From Pontiella sp. (GTDB taxonomy: Bacteria; Verrucomicrobiota; Kiritimatiellia; Kiritimatiellales; Pontiellaceae): a stretch of DNA of 64,000 nucleotides. A model generated the notes under the pieces. That model was not told the origin of the DNA and did not search any database. It was given only the letters and a program-made list of their open reading frames with translations. Location of the stretch: positions 32,001 to 96,000 of the forward strand of contig JBNKHE010000004.1 in the NCBI GenBank assembly GCA_050290185.1. The letters run 5' to 3'. Shown here piece after piece: positions 17,235-26,075 of this stretch. Each line of letters starts with the position of its first letter. The first letter of the stretch is position 1. The position numbers and the translations under genes were made by a program.

Positions 17235-18542
17235 CTATTCAAAGGGATCCAGTCTGAGGGATGCCTGTATTTTCTCGCGGTGCTCCGGCAATACACGGGC
17301 CTCGTCGGCGTAGTCCCGCCAGTTGCGTACAACGCGCCGGACTTCATCAATGATCGTTTGGGCGCGACCCCGCTTCATTGAAGCACCTTCTGCACAGCGC
17401 TTGAAATCCTCCAGGACAAACCCGTCTTGCTTGCCGTTCAATGTCATTTGATGGGATGATGTCCATCTTCCGGCGGGCTGGTAGCTGTAGGTCATATCGA
17501 AGGCCGGTGAAAGCGACCACTGCCCGGATTTATCCATCAGAAATGCGATATTCTTCACATGGTCGTCCTGGTTGCGGCCAATCATGTTGAAGACCATTCG
17601 ACGAAACTGTTCTTCGACCGCACTCATGGGCTGGCCCAACTGCCGGATCACCTGCAAAGCCTGCTCATAGCCGTATGCCCCGGCGGCATTGAAGTCGAAA
17701 TGCGCCATGCCGCACAGCGACTGCATGTGCAGTTTTTCGCCACCATCCAGACGATCGAAACGCTTCGCCATGAAATGACGCCGGCCATTCTCCTCGAACA
17801 GGCGGCACGGGCCCATCTGGATCCCGGCGGCGACCGCCATGTTGTAATAGGCATACTCGATCGCACCGTAGCCCTTCGGGTCCTCCATTTCCTTGTCCTT
17901 GTTGCCGCTCACCCCGTCAAACTTCATCAGCCAATATTCAAATCCCTTGCCGGCCTTCACCTGACCCGAGCAGACTTCGTTTGTCTGCGGATTCCAGGCG
18001 ATGACCGCCTTCGCCCGCGCCCCGCCCGCGGAGGTGCCGACGCGCAGAATATCCCTCAACGCCCGCTCCTTGCTTTCGTCATGAAAAGAAACCTGAAGAT
18101 GGTCGCGGTGCGTCAACACCTCCGAAGCCAGCTCAACCAGCTTGCCGACTTCAACGTGCGAACTTTCGCGCACCGCCGGCCCGGTCACCGGCGCATACTC
18201 CAGCGCGCCCATACCGCGCGAACCGGTATAGCACAAGCGCTCTACCGCGTTGAACGACTCAGGCGTGCGACCTTGCCGCGCCAGCCAGGCATTGATCAGT
18301 GCATTGCCGAACCGGTCCGGCAACGAGTCCGCCAACAGCCCCGGAAGCCCGTGGAAGGTTTCCCGGCGAAGCGTGGGGAACGAATAAAGCCGCGTGGAAA
18401 GAGGCATCATCAGCGGAGCCACCTCGATCCCGCTTCCGGCAAAGGCGGAATCATATTCAAACGTTGCCGTCCCGGCATCGTCCTCCACGGCCACCGCACC
18501 GATCGTACGGCCCCACAACCTGACCTCGGCAACCGTGCTCAC
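17235..18542 (-). CDS. hipA: HipA-family Ser/Thr kinase toxin (type II TA)
   Basis: HipA N-domain (VRLWGRTIG...LADSLPDRFG), GTSAGGARAKA, IEYAY, RFDR, NQDDHVKN, LSPAFD. Confidence 0.93.
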   Translation of the reverse strand: MSTVAEVRLWGRTIGAVAVEDDAGTATFEYDSAFAGSGIEVAPLMMPLSTRLYSFPTLRRETFHGLPGLLADSLPDRFGNALINAWLARQGRTPESFNAVERLCYTGSRGMGALEYAPVTGPAVRESSHVEVGKLVELASEVLTHRDHLQVSFHDESKERALRDILRVGTSAGGARAKAVIAWNPQTNEVCSGQVKAGKGFEYWLMKFDGVSGNKDKEMEDPKGYGAIEYAYYNMAVAAGIQMGPCRLFEENGRRHFMAKRFDRLDGGEKLHMQSLCGMAHFDFNAAGAYGYEQALQVIRQLGQPMSAVEEQFRRMVFNMIGRNQDDHVKNIAFLMDKSGQWSLSPAFDMTYSYQPAGRWTSSHQMTLNGKQDGFVLEDFKRCAEGASMKRGRAQTIIDEVRRVVRNWRDYADEARVLPEHREKIQASLRLDPFE

Positions 18543-18886
18543 GATTCATCCCCCCACGTCCAGGGCCCATCATCCGAGGACTTCCTTTTACCGCTGGCCC
18601 GTTTCCGCGCCTTGCCCTTTAGGTTAATCAGATCCATGGGCCGCGGTCCGACTTCCGGTACCAATGTTTCCAGCCGGTCCAAAAGCTCCAAAACCCGCAA
18701 GATCCGGATAAACGTCGACAGCTGCGTCGTGGCCCCCGCTTCGATCCGCTCCACGGTCCGCTTGGAAACACCGGCCTGCTCCGCCAAGTCCGCCTGGGTA
18801 AATTGGAGCTCGATCCGCCGCTGTGCCAACCGGCGGCCCAGCTCCTCTAAAATCACCTCATCGATCAATAATCCTTCAATCTTCAT
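18539..18886 (-). CDS. XRE-family HTH antitoxin (HipB-like)
   Basis: LGRRLAQRRIELQFTQADLAEQAGVSKRTVERIEAG; 4-bp overlap with hipA; AAGGAGG RBS before ATG 18886; C-terminal Trp residues. Confidence 0.88.
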   Translation of the reverse strand: MKIEGLLIDEVILEELGRRLAQRRIELQFTQADLAEQAGVSKRTVERIEAGATTQLSTFIRILRVLELLDRLETLVPEVGPRPMDLINLKGKARKRASGKRKSSDDGPWTWGDES

Positions 18887-18916
18887 CGGAAACCCTCCTT
18901 CGCATGGATTATGTAT

Positions 18917-18974
18917 ATCGTAATATCTGACGATTAAAAGCATTTAATAGGTATATTTCGTCATATATTACGAT
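18917..18974. promoter_or_regulatory. Two palindromic operators upstream of hipBA
   Basis: ATCGT-N8-ACGAT (18917-18934) and TTCGT-N8-ACGAT (18957-18974) in an AT-rich stretch; same N8 geometry as E. coli HipB operators (TATCC-N8-GGATA). Confidence 0.7.
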
Positions 18975-19114
18975 TTCTGTTCGTTTGATATTTCGTCGCG
19001 CAAAACAAACGTCCAAAACCGATCAAGGAACGTGAAAACGTCATTGGTGCGGTCGCACCGGTTTAGAGGAAAAGGCCGGGACGCGTAAGCGATCTCTACC
19101 GCTTTGAAACAGCG

Positions 19115-19345
19115 GCATTTGGCCCAGCTCGCCCATTCGGGGGTGCGGCACCAGGCTGCTCAGTTCCGTAACGCCCCCCTACTGGTTTTATATCGCAGAG
19201 ACGCAGAGATCGCAGAGTAAAAACCCCAGGATGCAATGTTTTGCCCCTTTGAGCTGAAAGGGCCGGGACAGGCGATCGAACGGGCAGCAACGATCAGCGG
19301 GAGTGGCAAAACCCTGCTTCTGACAACAGGAAAATAGAATCGTCC
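19115..19345. repeat. Scaffold fragment: esterase 3' remnant plus segments shared with 7349-7430 and 1297-1351
   Basis: Minus strand reads AWCRTPEWASWAK; GGGGGTGCGGCACCAGGCTGCTCAGTTCCGTAAC is identical to the copy near 7353-7386. Confidence 0.8.
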
Positions 19346-19432
19346 CAAATCTGCCCATCTGTTGCCACTACGCCAAGCTCGTTGCCGGCATCGTAACGCC
19401 AGCCTCTTTCGCCTATAGGCTCATTTACGAAA

Positions 19433-21235
19433 CTACTGGAAGGATATCCTGAAGCCCACCGCGGTCGCGAACGGCATCTTGTAGGGACATTGGATGACCA
19501 GTGCATCATCCAACTGCTTCCATTTGACCTGCCCCCTGTATCCGAGGAGTTTCACCTTCCTGACACGTCCTTCGAGGAGGTTGGCGTTTTTGCCCAACGA
19601 AGTGATCCGGAGTTCGTCCTTGGCTTCGGGGACCGTCATGCACCACGCATACAGATCTCCGTTTTTCCCGACGGTGAAGCGGAAATCCGAATTGGAGAAG
19701 CGGTGATTGGCCTGGCGACCGCCGATCTTGCCGCCGGGCAGGACGTTGAGCTTGCCGTCGGCGCCTTCGCCCAGCACCTTCCAGGCATGGCTTCCGTAGA
19801 TGCCTTCGCCGTTGATGCGCATCCACTCGCCGATTTCCTTGAGCATTTTTTCGCTACCGTTGTCGAGCGATCCGTCGGGAAGCAGCGAGACGCACAAGCC
19901 GACGTTGCCGTCGCGCGAAACCTCTTCGAGGAGGTAGCGAATGACGGCATCGGCGCTGTAGGTGAATCCGGGACCGTAGAACCAGTCGCCCACCGGGGTT
20001 TCCGCAATCCAGTCCTGATCCGTCTTGATGCCACGGGGAATCCCCCCTTCCTGGGTGTTGACGGTGCCGTTCGTCTTGCGGCGGAACTTGACGATGCTGA
20101 ACACATCGGCCTTGCCGCGACGCGCCAAAGTCTTGTTGTAGAAGTCGGCGATCACGTGCTGCATGGCGTCGCACTTGTAGCCGGTACCGGTGCCCCGTCC
20201 GCTAAATGGTTGCTGGTCGGTGCCGTCGGTATAGATGAAATCGGGCTGGTATTTATCAACCGCATCCATCATGCGCAGGGCCCACCATTTGGCGTACCAT
20301 TCGTCGTAGGCGAGATGGTTCTGAAAAATCCCGGCCGGCGGTGGTGCCCAAGCCGAGTAGGCAGCCCCGGTGACGCCCTTGTATTCGCGCAGGTTGATTC
20401 CGTAGAGCAGGCGGGGATCGAGGCCTTCCCACCATTTTCCTTTGCCATCGGCGAGCGTGAGATTGCCGTCGTAGGGATTCCCGTCCTCGTCATGTCCGAA
20501 TGCGGTCTGCCACCACCACCACGAATATTCATGATGGAAGGTGACGCCAAAACGCATTCCTTCAGCCCGACAGGCTTTCGTCCATTCGCCGAGCAGGTCG
20601 CGCTTGGGGCCCATGCGCGTGGCGTTCCACGGCTGGTATTTCGAATTCCACATATCGAACTGGTCGTGGTGAACGCCTTGGATGATCAGGTAGCGTGCGC
20701 CAGCATCCTTGTAGATTTCAACGAGCTTGCCTGGATCGAGCTTTTTCGGATTCCATTCGCGCAACACATCCTTGTAGCCAACTTTGGTCGGATCTCCGTA
20801 GTTTTTACGGTGGTTGTTGTAGGCCGGTGTTCCTGGAATGTAGAGCCTGCGGGCATACCAGTCGCCGCTCTCCCCGGCCGCCTGCGGGCCGAAATGGACC
20901 CAGATTCCGAACTTGGCCTCGCGCAGCCAGTCCGGTGTGCCGGGATAGTTTTTCTCGATGGATTCCCAGGTCGGTTCGAAGGGCCCCGGGGTAACGGGCA
21001 GATCGAGCTTCACCTCCTCGAACGAACCCGAGTCCGCCATCGGAACCGAATCCTCGGCAAGCGGAGCAGGCACATCGGGAATGGGCGGAAGTTCGTAGGT
21101 CAAGGATGACGCCGCAAACGATACGTTCCCATAGGCCCCGGCACAAATGAGTGCGACACCGTAAAAGCGCGCGAGCCGTGATTTCGCGAAAGCAACCGTA
21201 TTGCCCGTTCCAGCAGTTTGTTCAATCAAAACCAT
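19433..21235 (-). CDS. Alpha-L-fucosidase (GH29)
   Basis: WLREAKFGIWVHFGP, GARY...HHDQFDMWNS, PDFIYTDG (nucleophile region), EIGEWMRINGEGIYG, DFRFT. Confidence 0.9.
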   Translation of the reverse strand: MVLIEQTAGTGNTVAFAKSRLARFYGVALICAGAYGNVSFAASSLTYELPPIPDVPAPLAEDSVPMADSGSFEEVKLDLPVTPGPFEPTWESIEKNYPGTPDWLREAKFGIWVHFGPQAAGESGDWYARRLYIPGTPAYNNHRKNYGDPTKVGYKDVLREWNPKKLDPGKLVEIYKDAGARYLIIQGVHHDQFDMWNSKYQPWNATRMGPKRDLLGEWTKACRAEGMRFGVTFHHEYSWWWWQTAFGHDEDGNPYDGNLTLADGKGKWWEGLDPRLLYGINLREYKGVTGAAYSAWAPPPAGIFQNHLAYDEWYAKWWALRMMDAVDKYQPDFIYTDGTDQQPFSGRGTGTGYKCDAMQHVIADFYNKTLARRGKADVFSIVKFRRKTNGTVNTQEGGIPRGIKTDQDWIAETPVGDWFYGPGFTYSADAVIRYLLEEVSRDGNVGLCVSLLPDGSLDNGSEKMLKEIGEWMRINGEGIYGSHAWKVLGEGADGKLNVLPGGKIGGRQANHRFSNSDFRFTVGKNGDLYAWCMTVPEAKDELRITSLGKNANLLEGRVRKVKLLGYRGQVKWKQLDDALVIQCPYKMPFATAVGFRISFQ

Positions 21236-21255
21236 GCCTGTTTCCTCTATTCAAG

Positions 21256-24200
21256 TTAGGGGTAGACGAGTCTATAGAAGACGCTGGAATCCGACGAGCT
21301 TATATCCAGCAGCATCTGGTTTGTGGTATCCGAGCCGGGCACCGTATACCACTCGTTAGAGGCCGTGAGACCGACGGAGTTCGATTCCAAGCGCCAGCCC
21401 GTGTGACCGGCTGGCCACGCGAAATCAAGTACGCCACCGCCGGCAACGGAAAACATCACGTTGGTCGGATTCGTATCCGGCCCGGAAGCGAGCTGGAGCA
21501 CATAGGCGTTGAGCGCAACCGGATAGTTTGCCCCACCGGAATAGTTCTGGATGTAAACATCCTGGTAGCCATTGCCGCCCGCCGTAAACGTTCCGACGGC
21601 GGCGGTGCTGTCCCCCGCAACGGCCACCGCACTAGGGGAGTAGCCCGAGGTGTTGTCGTGATAGACCTGGCTACGGGTGGGATAGCGGTCGTCGGAATAG
21701 AAGAGCTGGATCTGGTAGCGCGCGCCTTCGACCAGCGGATCGCCATTGGCGCCAGCCAACCGTAGAATCATGTCTGTGGCGCCCGGAGCAGGGCCGGGGT
21801 CGCCGTTTTCCCAGGCGGAACCATCCAGCACCGACTCAAAGTTGACATCAACGCTCGTGCCGGCTGCATCGAACAGTCCGCTGTTCACCTGGCGACCGCC
21901 CGCTCCCTGAATGAGCCGGGCTTCTTCTCCCGCCGAAAGATCCCCGAGGGAGTTCTGGGCCTGGCGGTTTTCGAACAGCACCGTCCCCGAACCCACCGAA
22001 ACGGAAACCGACTGATTGTCGCTGCGGAAGTTGCCGGCATGCACGAGCGTGCCGGAATGCAGGATGTCCAGGTTGTTCGTAACGGTCACTGGAGATTCCC
22101 AAGTGATTTTGGAGTTTACCGGAACCGATATGGTTTCGTTGGTGAAGCTGACATGATCGAAAATAGATTCGTTGAGCGTACCGTCGTTATGGCTGCTCAC
22201 CGCCAGCCCCACGTAGTATTGGCTGGACATGGCCACAGAGGTCGATCCCAGCAACGACCAGTCCGCACCGTTGTCCGAACGGTAGGCGGTGAACACGTTG
22301 CCCGCGCGCTCGAGCCGGATCCAGTATGGCGCGGCTACGCCGCCCGAATCCGTCACACCCGAAGCGGAACCACCTGTCGAGGACCTTTGCTGCAGTGCAA
22401 CACCGTTAACAGGAGACAGGAAATGGATAACGTACTTGGAGTCGGGGCTGAGCGTATCGCGCATCATGATGCCGGCCTTGGCCCACCCATCCGTGTTGTC
22501 CATACTCAAAACCCGTGCGGTAAGCGATTGATCACCTTGCAAGGCCTGAAAGACATAGCGAAACTCGTCGGCATTGCCCCAGATATCCGCCCCCGATCCG
22601 TTGATCGTAAACGTACCGCCGGACTCGCTGAAGGAACCGGTGGCGCCCACATCGCCGATGTCCTGCGTAAGCCAGACGTTCGAGGGAGCCGCAGCCAGTG
22701 CGGCTGAGACGGGCGTTGAGTCGGCCGATTCACCTGCCCCGTCCGTCGCGCTCACCACATAAGAGTAGAGCGTTCCCGCCGAGACGGCGGTATCAACATA
22801 GGCCATGTCCACGAGGTTCGATGCGATGGTCGTGTAGGTTGCACCGCCGTCGGTCGAGCGCTTTACGTTGTAGGTCGCGGCGGCGGTTGGACAGTACCAC
22901 GAAAGCCTCATCTGGTTGGTGGACGGCGTGACGGTCAAGCCCGTAGGAATGGGACCTCCGACGACCGAAGCAGGGCCGATCTTGAAGGCAATCGCGGTTC
23001 CCGAGGGGATCGTCGGCATGGCGGACGGGCAGGTGACCTCCAAACCACTGGCCGTTTGCGACCATGAGAGCGTTTCGGCGCTGCCCAGCATGGAAACCGA
23101 ACTGATGTCGCCGAGCAGATATCCGGCACTGGTGGCAAGCGAACTGATGTTCAACGTCGTGCCGGCCGAAGGGACGTTGAGATAATAGGCATAGAGACAG
23201 CCGTTTGAACCCACGGTAAATCGGAAATCGCCTTCCGTCGCGACGGCCCAGGCGCGGCTTCCGTAGATGCCTTCCCCATTCATGGCCATCCATTGCCCAA
23301 CATCTTCGAGCATGCTGATCGCCCCGTTCTCCAACGAACCGTCGGGACGGTTGGGGATGTTGACCATCATGGCGCCATCACGCGACACGGCTTCAAGCAG
23401 GCGGTGAACAACGGTACCGCCCGTGTCGTAGTTAATGTTGGGCTCGTAGAACCAGGGGCCGTACGACAGCTCTGCGAACCACGGCTGGTCCGACTTGATC
23501 GACGAGGAGTAGTTGCCTTCGTAGGTCGTGCCGATGTTGTCTCCGTTGTGGAACTTCACGACCGCCAGCGTGTCGAGCTGGCCGTGGCGTTCCAGGGTGC
23601 GGTTGTAATAGTGGGCAATGACACGCTGCATGGCGTCGCACTTGTAGCCAGTACTGGTCATGTAGCCATCGAACGGCTGGGTCGAATTCCCATCGGTATA
23701 AATGAAGTCGGGATCATACTGCTCCACCACATCGATCATGCGCAGCGCCCATTGTGTGGCATACCAGTGGCAGTAGTCGAGGTCGTTGGTGAAGATGCCC
23801 GAAGTCGGATTCCAGTAGCCCTGATTCGGCGTGCTTATGCCCTGGTACTTGTGGACATCCTGATTGTAGAGCATACGCGTATCGAAGTTTTCCCACCAGG
23901 TTCCGGCGCTGTTAGTTGCGGTGACGGCGTCGTAGGGAACGCCGGCCAGCGGCCCCGAACTGTCGCTGAGAAAATCAGGTTGCGTGAACCACCAGCTGTA
24001 TTCGTGGTGGAACGCCACGCCCATGTGCATGTTGAGATTGGTGAGGGCGCTTTTCCATTCGGTCATGGTATCGCGCTGGGCGCCGAAGTTGACAATGTTC
24101 CAGGGATTGTAGGTCGAATTCCAGTTGTCGAAATTGTCGTGGTGCACGCCCTGCACGAGCACAAAACGCGCGCCGGCATCGTGGAAGAGCTGGGCCAGCG

Positions 24201-24678
24201 CGGCCGGATCGTACTGGTTCGGATCCCATGCGTTGATCACGTCCTTGTAGCCGTTCGTCGTAGGATGGCCGAAATTGGCTAGGTGATTGTTGTAGACCCA
24301 GGAACCCTGCTGGTACATGTGCTGTGCAGACCAGTCAGCGCTTTCGAGGTTCGCCTGCGGGCCAAAGTGGAACCAGATGCCGAACTTCGCCTCGCGCAAC
24401 CAGGCCGGCGTGCCGTTGCCGGGAACATTGGAGGAAATGGAATTCCAGTCCGGCTCAAACGGGCCGTTGGTTTCGATGTTGAAATCCATCTGCACTTCCG
24501 GAAAATCCGCCGGATCGCCCATGGGCATCGAATTGGCCGGCGCGGAAGAAACCGTCGGTATGGGCGGTAGCACGGGTAAATCATACGCCCATGTTTCAGA
24601 CAACCCCGACATCAAGAACGCTCCTGCAAGGAGAAAGCTCTTTATCAACTTGTTTTTTACATTATTACACTTTTTCAT
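21256..24678 (-). CDS. Modular secreted alpha-L-fucosidase (GH29 + FN3 + beta-sandwich + uncharacterised domain + C-terminal FYRL domain)
   Basis: Same GH29 motifs as the neighbour (WLREAKFGIWFHFGP, HHDNFD, PDFIYTDG); FN3 TYNVKRS; GSGADIWG...WAKAGIMMR module; ends SVFYRLVYP; start 24678 inferred (ORF track 24759). Confidence 0.88.
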   Translation of the reverse strand: MKKCNNVKNKLIKSFLLAGAFLMSGLSETWAYDLPVLPPIPTVSSAPANSMPMGDPADFPEVQMDFNIETNGPFEPDWNSISSNVPGNGTPAWLREAKFGIWFHFGPQANLESADWSAQHMYQQGSWVYNNHLANFGHPTTNGYKDVINAWDPNQYDPAALAQLFHDAGARFVLVQGVHHDNFDNWNSTYNPWNIVNFGAQRDTMTEWKSALTNLNMHMGVAFHHEYSWWFTQPDFLSDSSGPLAGVPYDAVTATNSAGTWWENFDTRMLYNQDVHKYQGISTPNQGYWNPTSGIFTNDLDYCHWYATQWALRMIDVVEQYDPDFIYTDGNSTQPFDGYMTSTGYKCDAMQRVIAHYYNRTLERHGQLDTLAVVKFHNGDNIGTTYEGNYSSSIKSDQPWFAELSYGPWFYEPNINYDTGGTVVHRLLEAVSRDGAMMVNIPNRPDGSLENGAISMLEDVGQWMAMNGEGIYGSRAWAVATEGDFRFTVGSNGCLYAYYLNVPSAGTTLNISSLATSAGYLLGDISSVSMLGSAETLSWSQTASGLEVTCPSAMPTIPSGTAIAFKIGPASVVGGPIPTGLTVTPSTNQMRLSWYCPTAAATYNVKRSTDGGATYTTIASNLVDMAYVDTAVSAGTLYSYVVSATDGAGESADSTPVSAALAAAPSNVWLTQDIGDVGATGSFSESGGTFTINGSGADIWGNADEFRYVFQALQGDQSLTARVLSMDNTDGWAKAGIMMRDTLSPDSKYVIHFLSPVNGVALQQRSSTGGSASGVTDSGGVAAPYWIRLERAGNVFTAYRSDNGADWSLLGSTSVAMSSQYYVGLAVSSHNDGTLNESIFDHVSFTNETISVPVNSKITWESPVTVTNNLDILHSGTLVHAGNFRSDNQSVSVSVGSGTVLFENRQAQNSLGDLSAGEEARLIQGAGGRQVNSGLFDAAGTSVDVNFESVLDGSAWENGDPGPAPGATDMILRLAGANGDPLVEGARYQIQLFYSDDRYPTRSQVYHDNTSGYSPSAVAVAGDSTAAVGTFTAGGNGYQDVYIQNYSGGANYPVALNAYVLQLASGPDTNPTNVMFSVAGGGVLDFAWPAGHTGWRLESNSVGLTASNEWYTVPGSDTTNQMLLDISSSDSSVFYRLVYP

Positions 24679-24822
24679 CAAAATCTTCCCTGGATGATCC
24701 CAAGCCTGTTGCGGGATTCCCCCTGTTCCCTGGACCGTTGGTTCCGGTCCTTGCTTCATTGAGCGGAAAGGCTTGCAATGCCATATCGCACTGCAAGCCT
24801 CCTGATATTTCCCCGTTTCGAT

Positions 24823-25590
24823 TTATAGCATCAAGCGGCGGCGCACAAACAACACACCAACACCGAACACGCCGATCAGACTGATCGTGGCCGGCTCCGG
24901 AATCGCATACAGCGAATAGGCTGCCAGCGAGGTGTCGGCATTGCCGACCGCATCCGTTGCCTGGACGAAAATGTCCTGATAGCCCGCATCAGCCGTGAAA
25001 GTTCCCATCACCATGACGGCATTGGTTGTACTGAACGAGACCGAGGAACCGCCGGAGAAGCCACTTGAGAAGTCGCTCCAATAGGCCTGGGTACGGGTTT
25101 GCGAGTCACCGGAACGTTGGTCGACCGCAAACAGCGACACCGAATATTCCTGCCCGATGGTCAGGTTGCCGAGACGAAGCGTGAGTGGACGGGTAGCGTC
25201 GCTCCCATTATTGTGCCATGTATTGCCGCGCAGAGTGTCATCCCATTGCGAATCACCGCTGGTGCCAGGGAAAATACTGACGTTCCACTGGCTGCCGCCG
25301 TTGTAGAATCCGCTGGTGGAACTTGCCGCTGCCGGCATGTCCGCATCACCCAGGGATGAAGCCATTCCGGCAAACACGATGCTTTGCCCTCCTGCCGTGG
25401 CCACCGTATGCGAAGAACCATCGCCGATGTTGCCCGCCTCAACCAATGAGCCACCCGCATTGTACTGGATATCCAGATTCGCTTTATCGGTGGCGTCATA
25501 CGTCGACGAGAACGTTATGACTGCTGCATGGGTCGATGCAACCATCGCAGCGCATGCTACCAGCCATGCTGTTTTTTTCACTGTTTTCAT
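24823..25590 (-). CDS. PEP-CTERM protein
   Basis: Signal peptide MKTVKK...THA; C-terminal IPEPATISLIGVFGVGVLFVRRR; GAAAGG RBS before ATG 25590. Confidence 0.9.
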   Translation of the reverse strand: MKTVKKTAWLVACAAMVASTHAAVITFSSTYDATDKANLDIQYNAGGSLVEAGNIGDGSSHTVATAGGQSIVFAGMASSLGDADMPAAASSTSGFYNGGSQWNVSIFPGTSGDSQWDDTLRGNTWHNNGSDATRPLTLRLGNLTIGQEYSVSLFAVDQRSGDSQTRTQAYWSDFSSGFSGGSSVSFSTTNAVMVMGTFTADAGYQDIFVQATDAVGNADTSLAAYSLYAIPEPATISLIGVFGVGVLFVRRRLML

Positions 25591-25750
25591 GCTTTTTCCT
25601 TTCATTCTTACACGCCGGACGGTTTTTATTTTCAACCAAACAAGCCGGCCCTTGTTCGGAAAATCGTGTTGTTCTTTTGCCAAATTTCGATCGCCCCGCT
25701 GAAACCGATGCCAAGATCTGCGGCTCAAGCAATCCTTCCCCTACTTATGA

Positions 25751-25875
25751 TCAACGCAAACCGGCCCGTCGTTCCGACAGATACTTTGAGAAAAATGACA
25801 CTGGATTTCCGCGCGTGGTCCAGAAGGATGGAAAAACGCCCCGCAATACAAGCGGAACGACGTTGATAGAGCTAC
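25751..25875 (-). promoter_or_regulatory. Duplicated upstream block A with putative ECF promoter
   Basis: Matches 28302-28435 and 32950-33075; minus strand TATCTGTCGGAAC-N14-CGTT. Confidence 0.65.
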
Positions 25876-26075
25876 TCAGCCGCAATGCCCTCTTCACTGT
25901 CGGCTCCAAACTCTCTTCGCTTTATTACTTGTTGCGCATACCGGGCGCTTTGCGTTGAGACCGAATGAGCCAGCCCCGTCCGATTCAGGTTATTCTGTTC
26001 CTAACAGCGAAATTCGATTGAGCGTTTTATCGGCAGGCGGCGATGGAATGCGCCGCCTGCCGGTATCCATAACGC

